From the NCBI RefSeq assembly GCF_964204645.1, contig NC_134026.1, positions 3,185,950 through 3,249,949 on the forward strand: 64,000 nucleotides of DNA, in the 5' to 3' direction. This document shows, piece by piece, positions 32,319-55,915 of this stretch. The notes beneath the pieces were generated by a model. That model was not told where the DNA came from, made no database searches, and saw nothing but the letters and a program-made list of their open reading frames with translations. Source of the stretch: Tubulanus polymorphus. Lineage: Eukaryota; Animalia; Nemertea. Position numbers and translations under genes: made by a program. Positions within the stretch are counted from its first letter, which is position 1, and each line of letters opens with the position of its first letter.

Positions 32319-35300
32319 CCTCCTTATTTCCTCATGATTGACAGATTTCTCCCTTGTCTTGTTGTTATTATTCCTGATGATAATAATAATAACGATATTG
32401 ATAATTGATAATGATTATGATAATTATTAAAACGATAATTGATTGATCACCATCATCAACCAGTTCATTAACAACCCTCTCACTTTTGAAATTTCCTCAC
32501 CATCTACCATTGACTGACCTTGATAGTTACCTTGTTTTTTAACGTGTTCTTCGAGATTTGAATAATGAATGAGGGCTGCTATGTGGTGGCAGGGCCGGTA
32601 ATTTTCATAACATCTCATTTCTCAGGTTCACGGCCTGTGCATTTTTTCTTCTCTGTTCACGAATGAAATGATCATCATTTTTAAAAATTCAAAAGAATCA
32701 TTGATCTTTTTCTTGCTTCTTCCAAAAACAAAAAAATCGACAGTATTGCACATGTTCCTTTCTGTTCATTTGATCAGTGTTTGAAGAAGTGTAGTTGTAG
32801 TAATAAGAAAAACAAAAAAAAAAAAATCGTATGATAAAAAAAGATTTGTGTTTTATACAATTAAGCCTATTTATGATATTGACCGAGGCTGAAATCATTG
32901 TGTGGCTTTGTCCTGAGCACAATGCAGCAATGCAGCATATAGAATACCTACTTTATTTTGCACTGCCTACGTCTCTTGTTAAAATTTAGGCTACTTAGAT
33001 TGTTTTAATGTAGAACTTTCTACAGCTGCTGTACTTCTTTCTTACTAATGTGAAATCTCAAGTATCAAAATTGTACTTCTGAATGTCAAGTAGTAGGTGT
33101 GTGGCCACGAATACATTGATCAGTCCCCCCTACATCATCAGTACAATGGTCAAAAACCTCAATCAACTGGACTCTATTTATTGTTGTAGATATAAATATT
33201 TGAAATAATACTAAATATTGTAAACCTGGTATGCATATAAACGTATGAAATGATGAAGTTTTCTCTGTAAATTAAAAATTTTATATTAAAAACATTGGAA
33301 TCTTTGAAAAAAAATATGCATGTTGTCTTTTGATTTTGATTAACTGTTTGCCGAGTTTTTTCTGACCTCTAACATGAGCGAGTTTTCTCAAGGTTCAGTT
33401 TGTGTATCTATTAATAACTTTTATTTGTCCCCCATTCGCTTAGTTTTTCACTACACGCCAAATAGTTGCACGTTTTCTTTTAGTTTTAGTTTTCAAATTT
33501 CCGTTTATTTCGTGTTGACGCTAACATTTTCATTGATTTTGTGCGTTCAATTTACTGATGACATTGAATTTATTCGGTTTATTTATAACGATATTATGAT
33601 AAAGCCCCATACCTTTCTGATTCCCAAAATATCATGTGCATTACTGAATTCTATTAATTGTGTGTTCTCAATTACGGTCAGTGCCGCCTGAGAAAAAAAT
33701 TGTTATAATTTCAACATCGATTTGAACATTCGGTTACACCGGTATATGCCACGTTGCCTTACGGGATTATTACAGGATTCTGACCGTATTTTGTGCATGT
33801 TTTCATTCAAGAATTTTTTCACATGTTTTCTTCACAAACTGTGCGTTAATCGTTCATGTGGTCGCCTTCTTGTAGTAAAAATGGCTTCTCGGCTGTTGGG
33901 AAATTCGCTGCAGATCAGTGATGACGATTGCGGCCAGTTTCTTGGCAGTGTTTGATTATATACATAGATTTATATAAAGCTATTGTATCGGAATATAATC
34001 TGCTTCGGTGCTGATGTCGCTTACAGTTTTTCGCACCTTTACGGTAGATTTTGGCTTGTTTGATAGTCAAGGGTGTGTGCACAATCGAAATAGACATTTC
34101 ATCCCTACAATCGGTGGAAACGCTATCATATCTCGAGTGGTGGTGATATTTTTCTGAGGAGACTTCGTCGTGGGTTCAAAGAGCGTTTCTTTCTTGTCGG
34201 CTTGAAAAAATTGGATATTTTGGTTAGCAGGGTACGAGAAAATACTAAAATGCTACCCATTATTTCGTTGAAATGTTGGTTTGTATATGATCGAAGTGCA
34301 TCTTCCTTGAATCTACATGAATCCATAAACAAACACACCCATTTTATAGACTCATTATTATAGATATTTCTAGGAATAGAAAGATAGTCGAACGAGAGCA
34401 TGTCAACTTGCTAAAAACAGTGCATTCGCAAAAAGCACCATACACATTCAGTAGATTAGGCCTAGGGCATGGCATCAGTTTCAATAATGTTCATAGGAGA
34501 AAAACTCAACTTGTCATAAAACGATCTGGTTATATGTGTTGACCAGGAATTCTAATATTGTTGATATTACTGTTTGATAAATTCTGATGCCATTTATTGG
34601 AAGATATTGACTTTATGAAACTTGTATATATAAGGATGCTCGGCTATAATCTTTTTGTGTCTTTCAATCTTTAATAAATTCTTTACGTAACCCGAAAGTC
34701 GAAAGTGTATATTTTCCTGTTTACATTTACGTAACACAATCAAAATTTCTCGATGAATATCCACTTTCTTCTTACCTTCGCTTTTCATGCTATCATCTTG
34801 CATCCATATACATTCAAGCGTATCTTGTCAATATATCATCTATTATGTAATATTCATAATGAGTTATATATGATATATATATATATATATATATGAGTTA
34901 TTCGAGGTTCATGTCAAGAACGGACTCGATTAAAACCAAGTGGTCCACATCAGGCCCCTTAATCTCTACGAGGGCATCATTGGAAATACAGAAAGGTATG
35001 TCGATAGTAGAATTCGACTTAGAATAGATAATGAAAAACATACAAATTCAAAAAAAGGTGCTACACTTAAAACAAGAAAGACTGCTCTAATGGGTTCTAA
35101 TAAATCTTTCATAGTTGGCATGTACCCTACAAATTATATATATAATCAATCCCCCTTGTCCTGTCCTGTCTGCCAAGTCTACTTGTTAGGTATCTCGTAG
35201 TAGTGCCTGCTATGTGACAGTGTTGTCTGCTTGCATAGAAGCAAAAACCTGTCTTATGTCATTCTTTTATATCTTTATTTACAATATTTTACCCTAAAAC

Positions 35301-35609
35301 ATAAACGCTGCACGTTAAAGATACCCCTGCATATGTCCCTCTCTGGGCATGCCACATTCTTCCATATTGCAACTAAGATTTTTCCCAATCCTATATATCT
35401 TATCAAGATACGATGATAAAGAAAAAACACTTAACAGCATGAATACAATTTAATATCAAATTATTTGATCTATGCAACTTTTATGGTTTAAGGTTTCGAC
35501 GATTAAGAAAAGAAAATTTATATAAATGAATATTAGTCAAAATGAACAAAAAAATTCTCATAAAATCGTTAAAGCATTATTTTGATCCTAATGTGCTATC
35601 CTTTTCCAG

Positions 35610-35647
35610 CCCAATCAGTCGAAGACCCGAACAAGAAGTATAACTAA
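35610..35647 (+). CDS. ATP2A: Candidate alternative last coding exon of SERCA (short tail AQSVEDPNKKYN*)
   Basis: Acceptor ctaat...tatccttttccag. It is phase-compatible with the internal donor GATG|GTAAAG at 32229/32230. Confidence 0.55.
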
Positions 35648-36195
35648 GTCACGCGCACATGGACTGCACACCCTCTTCCCTGGGATACGTTTCACCTCAA
35701 TTTCTGTAGAGTCCCGGATGGACACTACTGTCTACGCAGATCTTGTTGATATCGCTTTCAACTGTAGATTTTTGTTTTGTTGAATGGGTTTGATGTTGTA
35801 TTAGTAACTTAACTATTTTCTTGTTGACGATTTAAAAACCGATATTTTGTACTATCGCTCCTACTATAACAATATGAAGTCATATATCGAGTTTGAGTTT
35901 GAAGTTTTCATATCGACAATTATTGTAATATAATTTGTAATACGATTGTTTATACGTTACTTTTTGTGCTGTTGCATTGATTATGATTATAACTACCATC
36001 ATTTCATAATTAAGGGCAATTCTTTAAAGTGATTGAAATGTTGTTGATTTGTTATTAAAATGATGATGAGTTTTTCTTCCTATACTAAAGACAGGTCATT
36101 GTACAAAACTGTAGACGAACAGTGTGTATATTAGATATATGATATTCAGATATACATATATATATAATATAAAATTGTTGCAAATTTATATACCT

Positions 36196-36200
<5 letters not shown>

Positions 36201-36238
<38 letters not shown>
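36201..36238. repeat. (AT)n microsatellite
   Basis: Direct inspection. Confidence 0.95.
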
Positions 36239-36240
<2 letters not shown>

Positions 36241-37802
36241 TTTCTCCATTTTTTATCTTCTACCATTTGAAACGTAACATAATTATTAGTAATTATTGTA
36301 TGAAGTTAATCGCGTAGCTAAAAAGGAAAGTTTGATAACCATAGTAAAAACGAAAAAAAAAACCGATGTTTCATATCCATACTATTTATTTTATACGATA
36401 ACGCTAAGAACTGGTAGGATAGATGAAGTGCAGGATGGTTTGTCATATGCAAATCGTCATCACTTGATTTGATATTTGAATGTTAAATTAGGCAAGCATC
36501 GAGATACGCAAGCAGCTCTCTAGAGATATTTGAAAAAACGTCGAGGCATCAGTTATTAGGAACCAGTTTTTACACTTGCTCGGATTAAAATTTAGCAGCT
36601 TTCACGGCTGGGAATGTTTTTAAACCATTGTGTGTATAAAATTGCAATTAGGGACTTTGAAGTGATGGAATATATTATGAGTACCCTTGTATGAAGTGAA
36701 TGGAAAGTGATTGCGTGCAAGGGTTGCACACACGCGCACACGACTGATGAAGGCTCTGAAGAATATCTAAGATATATTTTTATTTTCTGTACCGGTATAC
36801 AAAACGTCCACGCGTGCACAGTGGACGTTGCTGGTGTACCGGATTCACTGTACAGTGGCACTGGCACACCAGCATTGTTATAGAGCTCGATTCTAGTCAT
36901 TATTACTGTACAATATCGGCAAATGTCAATCTTTGTACACAATCATCTCTTCAGTAGGATAGTGAATAAACCTAACAAAGGGTCTTTAACAATAATTCAT
37001 CTATGTGTCCTGCTTCTGTTTTTCATCTATTTTTCACTTTCACCGCTCACCCAAGGCCAAGATGCAGGCACCAATTCCAGAGCCAGGACTTATGCTTTTG
37101 CTTACCGTATATGGAATCTAACAGTAATTCAGTTTGGATTCTGGAACCAGGTGTCTTGGCTCTATATAAAATATGTATCAAGTTTGTATAGAGTATTTGT
37201 CTTGTATTCTGTATCTTGGCAATTATCTGAATCATCGTCGGTGTAATCGGATCGTTTAGTTTTCACAAATTCCATTAAAAACTTTTTTCATTTTTTCATC
37301 ACATCACATCACACTGCACTCGGTGTTGTGAGTCGATATACACTTTGTCATCCACTTATACGACGAAGGCTCATTCAAATCCTTGCTAAACATTTTTTCC
37401 TACAACACATCCAAAAGAATTAAGAAATTCAGTGGATAGTGGTTTGTCGTATCACGCCTCTATCATGCCAGGATCGTTTGCAAAATAGGAAATTGAGGAT
37501 CGAGTTTTGCAGTCCTATTGATGTCGAAAATGCCATTGGTAGATGATATACTTTTACATCTTTGAGAGGTAAGATACACCTGATCATATCAAACACATTA
37601 GGTTTCCGACATTGACAAGACAATAACTTAATATTAATGCTTTATTGACATATATTGATAAAGTGATAAAATCGTGATCATATTTCAAAAATACAAATGA
37701 CGCTACCAAATTAGGAATGAGTAATAAATGCAAAGAACTGGCCAGCAGTTATACGATACACATCACTACAAAACAGACATTAATAACTTGAGGAAACATT
37801 TT

Positions 37803-40336
37803 TTAGAGTACATTCAATCGAGGTACAGATTCCTGTCCGATATTCATCATCTGTTTCTCGACGTCGCCGTATTCGGCCACAATCGAGTTCAATGATTCAA
37901 GACTTTGCGTAAAATCGGACATTTCCATTCCATCTATGTGTGTATAATGGTGGATGTGAGCCTGCAAGAATGGAAAGCAGTGACGTATCTTTAATGCCAG
38001 TAAAAAATTATTAGAACCCGTTAAATTCGGATTATTTGGGACCGATGAAACTAATCCAGAAAATGGAATTAAACATAGTATTTAACATTCGATTAATCAT
38101 ATATACATGGAGCAACGAATGAATTAGACTGAAATCCGGATTAAACTGATCGAGATTCAGCGGCTTTAATTGTTTGAGGCTTCGTTCTGCTCGTACAATA
38201 ATCGATAAAGTCCGTTTAGTGGAAATTTCATCGGAAAAATTTCCTCATAAGTTTCTTACCTTTCGTTTATAAAGTCGTTCGAATCTTTCTCGCAAATCGG
38301 TGAATGACTGTCGGATACAAGTGTTATTAGCAAGAGTCAACAGTGAATATTGTTGACCAACTGGAGGAACTGAACACAATCCTGTTTTCCATCCTTCTTG
38401 ATTCCAATGAATGAATTTCAATGACGGTTTTAACCTGATGTAGAAACAAACATAAGATATACAATTTTGCTTATTTTATATTAAGACAGAACATATTTGA
38501 ACTCACTTATCGATATTTCTGCGAATATCCGAAACTTCAACGTTTCCTCGGACCATCAGAGCGCAGGCGAGGTAAAGACTGTGTTTTGGATTTGATTTGA
38601 TTAACTGATGATCAGGTGAAAATGCATCGGTAAACATCTGATCAAGTCTACAAATGAAAATCAGTCCGATGGATTGGTGGGTATTCGTTAAAGAAAGCTG
38701 AAGAAATAGAAATTTATAATCGATACCTTCTCGGTGGTAATCTCAGATCCCCTCCGACCGAATACAGTGGACTCTGACTAGCGACTAAATAATGAAGTTT
38801 AGGAAATGGTACGAGATTCATCGCTATTTCGTTCAAATCAACGTTCAGTGAGCCTTCAAATCGAGCAGAACTGTAAGTAATACCGCGATTAATATCCAGC
38901 TGAGAAAACTTATATTCATGTTCTAATCTAAGTTAAAAACACTTTAATCAGGAAATTTTACCTCGTCATATTCAACAGCAGATTTGCGACTATATTGTTC
39001 ATTGTATCGAAAGGTTTTTCGTCTTTCATTTTTTTGTCACCAACTCCGCTGAGATTTCCGGTGTTAGGACCATAGGTTTTCTTTCCTGTTTTTGACGTTG
39101 GAACTGCTTGCTGTATTTTGTTCACTATATCTACTAATGCCTTAAATCAAGCAATAACTTCTTTAAGCATAGTTAAACCGATTGTTGATATACAGTAGAC
39201 TACTTTTTGAGTCGGAGCTTAATTAGTCGAAAAAATGTTTAAGATTCAAATCACCTGATTTTCTACAGGTAGAACACAATCGGCGTGTTCAGTCAATTGT
39301 CTCATCGCTAATACACTATTATACGGGGAGGTTATAACATCATCTTCTGAAGATGGATAGACAGCCGTCACAAACCTGTTTTATTAGAAAATAAATTAAT
39401 AAAATACGATAGATTCAACTTCATCAACTGAATATGAAAATTTACCTGTAAACGTCAGGATATTCTTCCTGAAGCAGATTGAGAACGAATGTTCCGACTC
39501 CTGAACCAGTGCCGCCACCCATTGAGTGAATGATGAAAAAACACTGTAAACAATCGCAGAATTCCGCAGCTCGTCGTATTATTTCTGATAACTGTTCACG
39601 ATATTGTGATCCATACATCTTATGTCCTACAGCCCTATAACAATGAGAAACAATTCGTATACCTAGTGTTTAGAAAAATCTAAATGATATTTCTAATTCG
39701 GCTTACCAATTATTTCCGCAACCAGAAACGTCGGTTATGAATTGCTGATGGTCAAAAACTTCACGCAAAGGACCTTTCAACATTTCGCTGACCACGCCTT
39801 CTTCCATGTCTACGAGTACAGCCTGAAAAATCATTAGAAAAATTCATCATAGATGTAAAAGCTACAATGTTACATATGAAATAAGTGAAATCATTCGATA
39901 CATTACTCGCGCTTTCAGTGATTTTATTTTCCCTTTCTGATTGCCGAGTTCAATGTTAGACAAATCCTCGTGGCGACTGTCAACATTTCTAAAGAAGCTG
40001 CTGATCGATTCATCATAGACACCAGACTATAAATACCAATAATTACCAAAGCTTTTAAATTCAAGTAAAAAAGTACCTCATTTATTTAGATATTCAGCGA
40101 TAAGTTTCTATTTGCCTTATTAACACTAGCGTGCTCACGTAATGCCAAGTCCCAAAATCGGTATCCGATTTGATTTCCACATTGACCAACTGAAGAAAAA
40201 TCAAAGAAAGTTGCATGACATATGTGAATCAAAAAAACTTGTCGTCAATACCCACCGATACCACAAACAATAAATAGATACTGGTACCAGTGATGTTGAT
40301 TGCTAACTTACCCTGGACAACTATAGATTGTGTCAT
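37803..40336 (-). CDS. TUBE1: Tubulin epsilon chain (multi-exon, not captured by the ORF track)
   Basis: Minus-strand exons translate to MTQSIVVQV-GQCGNQIGYRFWDLALREHASVNK-SGVYDESISSFFRNVD, AVLVDMEEGVV, HSMGGGTGSGVGT, DDVITSPYNS, MNNIVANLLLNMTSSARFEGSLNVDLNEI and AHIHHYT...PRLNVL*. ATG at 40336, TAA at 37803-37805. Confidence 0.95.
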
Positions 40337-41352
40337 AACAATTTATGCAGCTAGTGAATCGTCGTGAGAAACACACGTTTTTATTGTACATATATCAAAT
40401 TGCGTTTGTTTTGGGGACATATAGCTACACAGGAGGGCTGCTGTAGGGACATACTCGGCGAATGGAGAGTACCTCTTTAATGACGGGTTCCCAGTGATGC
40501 GCTGAACTGAAAGTGGCGTACGGATAGATAATAGGATAGCTCCGACACCAGGAATATCTGCGCATAGAGAGCTAAAACACCCAATCAATCGCGCAGTTCG
40601 AATTATCGTTATAATAGAAATGAATATTTAGGAGTATTTCAGACACAAAACTGTCCGTTAGCTCCAGACATTCAACCAAATGAATGGGGGATTGACCGCT
40701 ATGAGAATTGCGTTTGGAAACTGCTCACAGATGTCATGTTTAGTTTATCTGGTATATGTGTGATGACGCTATGCCTGTGATGAGGCAATCTTCATTCTGT
40801 ATACTGTAGTTTTAGAATCCTCTCATTTTTGCAAGTGTTAGCCTTGTTGGGACGCCCTCTACGTATGTTGAAGTTAACGGAGAAGGATTTCTGGGTCATG
40901 AATATTCCTTTTCTTTGTATGTATATAGGTGTCCTTATCAAGTTAAGAAAGTCCGATGGCTGCGGTTAATCTTATTTCTGGCTCCAACAATTTATTCTAA
41001 ATCATTATCCAAGCACCTGAAAATAATACGCCGCGACCAGATGGAACAGTTTTTAAAATCAACAATATGTTAATTTCAGAAAGTATGAAAATGATGTTGA
41101 ACCATAAGAAGACACATCAGAGATTTTGAGGAAGATTTGGTGCAAAGCATATTTAATAGTTTCCAATACAATATACAGTATACAAGATAAACACACACTA
41201 TGAAATGTGGATTTCCACGGTCTACGAGACGACAAGAAGTAAAAGCTGATAACTAATCGGATTGCTAATAAAAAATCAAGCATTAACATTCCACCACATA
41301 TAAAATTGATAATTGAACCGGGCAGAGTTTGACAAATCACATTATTTTCGTT

Positions 41353-42495
41353 TCAGAGCAAAGTCGAAGCGTCTACAGCGTTTGGTATGACGCGTTTGAT
41401 ATCGATGGAGTCATCATCATTGATGATATCGAGGAAGACTTTGTCACCGACCCAATAGTGCATCCAATGATGGTTGGTGTACGCTTCCTCGGGTATGATA
41501 TTCGCGAAACCGTTTTCGCGTTCTCTTTTACAGCGTTGCAAGTCATATTTTCGGCTGAGATATTTTTCTGGATTGTTACAAATCCTCATAAGGCGCGGTT
41601 GCTGGGTTTTATCGTAGGACGGATTAAACACGTCCGGTTCGGCTAGATATACCGTGTTCGACAAATTAAACGGTTTACGCGAATAAACCCTTTCGTATTC
41701 GTAAAGCATACGATCGACCATCATAGGTCCGGTTTTGTTCATTACGTCGGACAGTTTGTTTCCGTAGTAATTTCGCGGAATACTTTCGACTAAAAGTTTC
41801 ATAAATGGATGTCTGGCAGACGATGCCATGATCGCGTTGCAGGGCAAACGATCGACATTCCAGTACAATCTAGAATGGACCCACGGTTCCTGACTGACTG
41901 CGCTATAATGATCTTTGGTCAGTTGATTCAGCGATTTTACCGCTTCTACGTCGATATCTGCGTAAACACCGCCGAAATAATATAACACGAAATATCTGAT
42001 GACGTCAGCACGATGAATGGGCCTTTCGTATTTCATAAATATGTCGTAATACTGTGGAAACTTAGTTTTAACAAACTTCGCTGCCGCTTCGTCGGTCCAG
42101 AAGTAATATTTCCAGTCGGGGTGATATTTCGCCCAACTCGCGATCCATTTCATATTGAATTTCGGTATGGCTCGGGTTTTCCAGGTTTGATGTATGATAT
42201 GAGGTATCTTGACGCTATCATCCCATTTAACATGTTTAACCAAGTCATCCCGTAAACTGTTGTTATACACGAATGGAAGTGCAACATTGCTGTTCATTAC
42301 GGGTTGTAAATTGATTTCTAGGATTTTTTTCTCCACAACTGGTATCTGCATTTTCCTGTAAATGTCATGTTGTTGCTGCCGGCCTAACGTTGACAGAAAG
42401 TAGACTATCATCAGCCCAAGGGTGAGCGAGAAAATAGATTTCCAGAGATAGTTCCGGATGAATCGTGCAAGCAGGAACTTCACCACTTGCGCCAT
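41353..42495 (-). CDS. Glycosyltransferase family 32 (DxD sugar-binding; MIPC-synthase/OCH1-like), type II membrane protein, single coding exon
   Basis: N-terminal TM segment, then KIPHIIHQTWK, HPDWKYYFWTD, RADVIRYFVLYYFGGVYADID, NAIMAS and TGP. The first ATG after a splice acceptor is at 42495. Confidence 0.88.
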   Translation of the reverse strand: MAQVVKFLLARFIRNYLWKSIFSLTLGLMIVYFLSTLGRQQQHDIYRKMQIPVVEKKILEINLQPVMNSNVALPFVYNNSLRDDLVKHVKWDDSVKIPHIIHQTWKTRAIPKFNMKWIASWAKYHPDWKYYFWTDEAAAKFVKTKFPQYYDIFMKYERPIHRADVIRYFVLYYFGGVYADIDVEAVKSLNQLTKDHYSAVSQEPWVHSRLYWNVDRLPCNAIMASSARHPFMKLLVESIPRNYYGNKLSDVMNKTGPMMVDRMLYEYERVYSRKPFNLSNTVYLAEPDVFNPSYDKTQQPRLMRICNNPEKYLSRKYDLQRCKRERENGFANIIPEEAYTNHHWMHYWVGDKVFLDIINDDDSIDIKRVIPNAVDASTLL

Positions 42496-43618
42496 TTTTT
42501 CTCGTATTCTTGCTGGCACACCTGAACGATGAGAAAATAACAAATATTGACTTACAGTTAGGCCAAGCTTAACCTCTTAGGAGATTGCCAGCAAAATGCC
42601 GTAGACTTCTCGCTAGGTGCCGTCGAATTCGGTAATTGCTATTTCACACAAATTTAATACTTTAATATCTTCGGTTTCACTTATTCGATATCCGTTTGAA
42701 CAAAATTATTTACAATACCAACTACGCTACCGTGAGATTGTATTACAATCTATTCAATGCAAATGCCTTGCTTCAATTTGTACATCCGTTAAAACACACT
42801 ATAGAAGCTCTTTACCCTAGCCTGGTGATATTAGCAGCTCGTCGTTTTAATGAGGACGTGGTTTTTTTGTTGTATTCCGATAGTTATGTTACTATTTACG
42901 TCATGGCTGATTATCGTATTGTGCTATTTCTAAGCCCCTTGTTTCATTTCATTTACTTCCGGGTAAACTCATATTAGACAATTAGAGAGTAATCACTTTT
43001 AAACACAGAAAAAAATAGAAAACGGTCGTTAATGTACTGCAGATGACTGAAATGTTTTTATATCAGTTGAAACGAACATACACACATTTCCTAATACATA
43101 TGCTCATTTTTTAGACTTTTCAATTTGAAACTAATAAAGATTCAAAATCCGAATAAATGAGAACCGGTAAGATGCCATGCACAGAAGAAGATTTAAAACT
43201 ATCGCGTGATGCGATCACTGTACCTTGACGCTCGAAATTATCTTTCACTTTTCTTCCCTTGAGATACTGTTTCATCAAGAAGCTGAGAATACCATAATGG
43301 CAGAAATATGCATTTTAAGAAAATTACACTTATCTTTGCGACGCCTAAGTTGCCCAGGCAACATGGTATTAACTAATGTAATATCCCGGTATGCTGATCG
43401 ATGATAGAACTTTTCAGAGCTGTGTCTCACGGTTTGTAGGTACGTAGAATATTACATCAACACTTTCATTAGTCTCATTGTCGTATATAAACGACTATGT
43501 AGGGATATATGTCAATGACCATCAAATCTCAATGACTCCAATGCTAACCCGACGCTACGCACTTATAGATCATTCAAAATAAATTCACAAATGTTACAAA
43601 CTTAGGAAAATTATCTAA

Positions 43619-44054
43619 GCCCAATGCACAAGGGAAAAAAAGATTTTCCTCGTGAAAAACATTTTCGATGTGCGTTGGAGTCTTAACACAAAACACCGAA
43701 CAGAACAGTTTTTCACGAAACAAGCACTGCTTGATTTGCGAAAAACGTTTTGGGTCGTCGAAAACGTTTTCGTCCCATGTGCGCTGGATGTTCTGTGTTT
43801 TGCAAAACATCCACGGCCAAATAACCAATCAGGGAGCATCCTGCATCACATGATATATACAAAAATTGATGTGAATAACCTGAGTACATAGTTGTCTCCA
43901 TGGATCCCATGGTGCAAGAAACGATTTCTGCACGTTTTTGTCATGCCGTATGCGTTGAACGTTTCATCGTTTGAGGGTGTTTTACTAAAAACGTTTTGTG
44001 AAAAACGCCATTTTCTGTTTTGGTGAAACAAACGTTTTGTTGTATGCGCGGGCT
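43619..44054. repeat. Probable non-autonomous element with repeated AAAACGTTTT palindromes
   Basis: Multiple aaaacgtttt/aaaacatttt units and weakly complementary gccc...gggc ends. Confidence 0.45.
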
Positions 44055-44563
44055 CTAGGCACTTTTCCAGATTACGTATGACGTACTGACTGCGTATCGA
44101 AACAGGTAGATACTAACGGCCTAGATTACCCCCCCCCCCCCCCGAAAATAGGACGTGTCAAATCTGTAATTCAATTTATGTAAGCGGCGATGTTGACGAT
44201 GCAGAATAGGCGGCAACCAGTCACCGATACAGGGAGCCAGCTGTGGTGCGTGAGTGTGTTCAATGTGGCGGAAACCAGCGATGCGTGAATGAATGCATCA
44301 TGCTGCTATCAATAAATAAGACGTTTGCGCTCGTTTTCAAGTGAAAAATTAACGTAATGGTGAAATGAGCCTCGTATTGTATTGGATACGATAACCCTTA
44401 AGAATCTTACTCTCCCAGAGAAATTAGATTTAGATTTTCTAAGTCACATGGACACCGGAAAATCTCGACGAATTTTACGTTTTCGCGTTTGACGCCGTTG
44501 TTGGCATATTATTGGTTGTTGGTTGGGATCGTCCAGTGCTCTTTTTATAAGATCTTTGTTATC

Positions 44564-54820
<10,257 letters not shown>

Positions 54821-54837
54821 AAGTACCAGCAATATCC

Positions 54838-54874
54838 AGCAGCAGTAGAAGCAGCAGCAGCAGCAGCAGCAGCA
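54838..54874 (+). repeat. Imperfect (CAG)n in the POLN 3' UTR
   Basis: cagcagcagtagaagcagcagcagcagcagcagcagca. Confidence 0.85.
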
Positions 54875-55915
54875 TCAGATCAGATGGAAACTAATCAACC
54901 AGACATCGATTCATTACTAATTGAAGCAGTTGCGATAGATATGTGATGTCATACATGCATTGATTGAAGTTGATTTTTGTATATTGAACTTTATCATGGA
55001 TGTTCGATAAGTGGTTAATGGAAAGTGGTTTTTTAATGATTTGAGTTACGCACAAATACATTGTACGAAATTTCAATTTACTCGAACAAACTGCGACCGA
55101 CAAAATTAGTCCGGGTTCGGGAAAGTTTTAGTAAAGGACCAGAAAAATTGCGGCCAAAATATCTGAAAATTATGTTGTTAGTGATGAGTCCATGGGTTGG
55201 CCATGCCAGAAGCGGTAGGCCTATATATTTCCATTCGCGCCATTGCGTCTGTGGTAGTAACCTGATGTTATCGCTTGACTCGCCCGATGGAGGATGGGCA
55301 GTAGTTTTTTTATGTCTTTTGGTGAATTTCGCGGCTGAAAATGGTCCATGCGTTTCCAATTAAAAATGTTTAAAGAAATGAATTCCAACCCATAAGTTCT
55401 CTTCGTGTTTGTTCCAAAATACATTGTTATCGTTACATTTACGTTGTTATGGTTCAATAAAATTATTTATTATTGATGATCGCGTGCGGCTTGTTTAGTG
55501 TTGCCGAACTGTTAATAATTCATATATAAAGGAAATTAATTAATAGTCAAGGGTGCTATCTGCAGACTATCGGTATTTTAATGAATATCCGAATCATATT
55601 CCCATACAAAATCGTAGATTTTTCAATACAAAATGAATACACGTACGAGCATTTTGAATACGAATTTTAAAGGACGTAGGTTATCTTGTTACTCATATAA
55701 AATCCATTCTAAACTTATCACAAGTAGAATACACGATCATTTATTGCTCAATTCTATTCATGGAAGAAGGTTTCTTTACTTTACCCACAATAAAACTCAT
55801 TAATTTAAGATTGAGAAGTCATGTCACTAATGATACACGTGTTAATATAAATGAGCACAGATGACTCGGGAGAAACTAATCCTACGGGAAAAGCTACTGA
55901 TGACGGATTTTATCT

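Noticed and set aside
32626-33955. Other possible acceptors (32626, 33914) for the short SERCA tail
   Set aside because: Weaker branch/pyrimidine context or less plausible peptides than 35610. Not strictly excluded without RNA data.
43574-44031. Cluster of overlapping short ORFs, and possible CRISPR-like periodicity
   Set aside because: Irregular palindromic repeats of a non-autonomous element with no repeat-spacer regularity, in a eukaryotic context.
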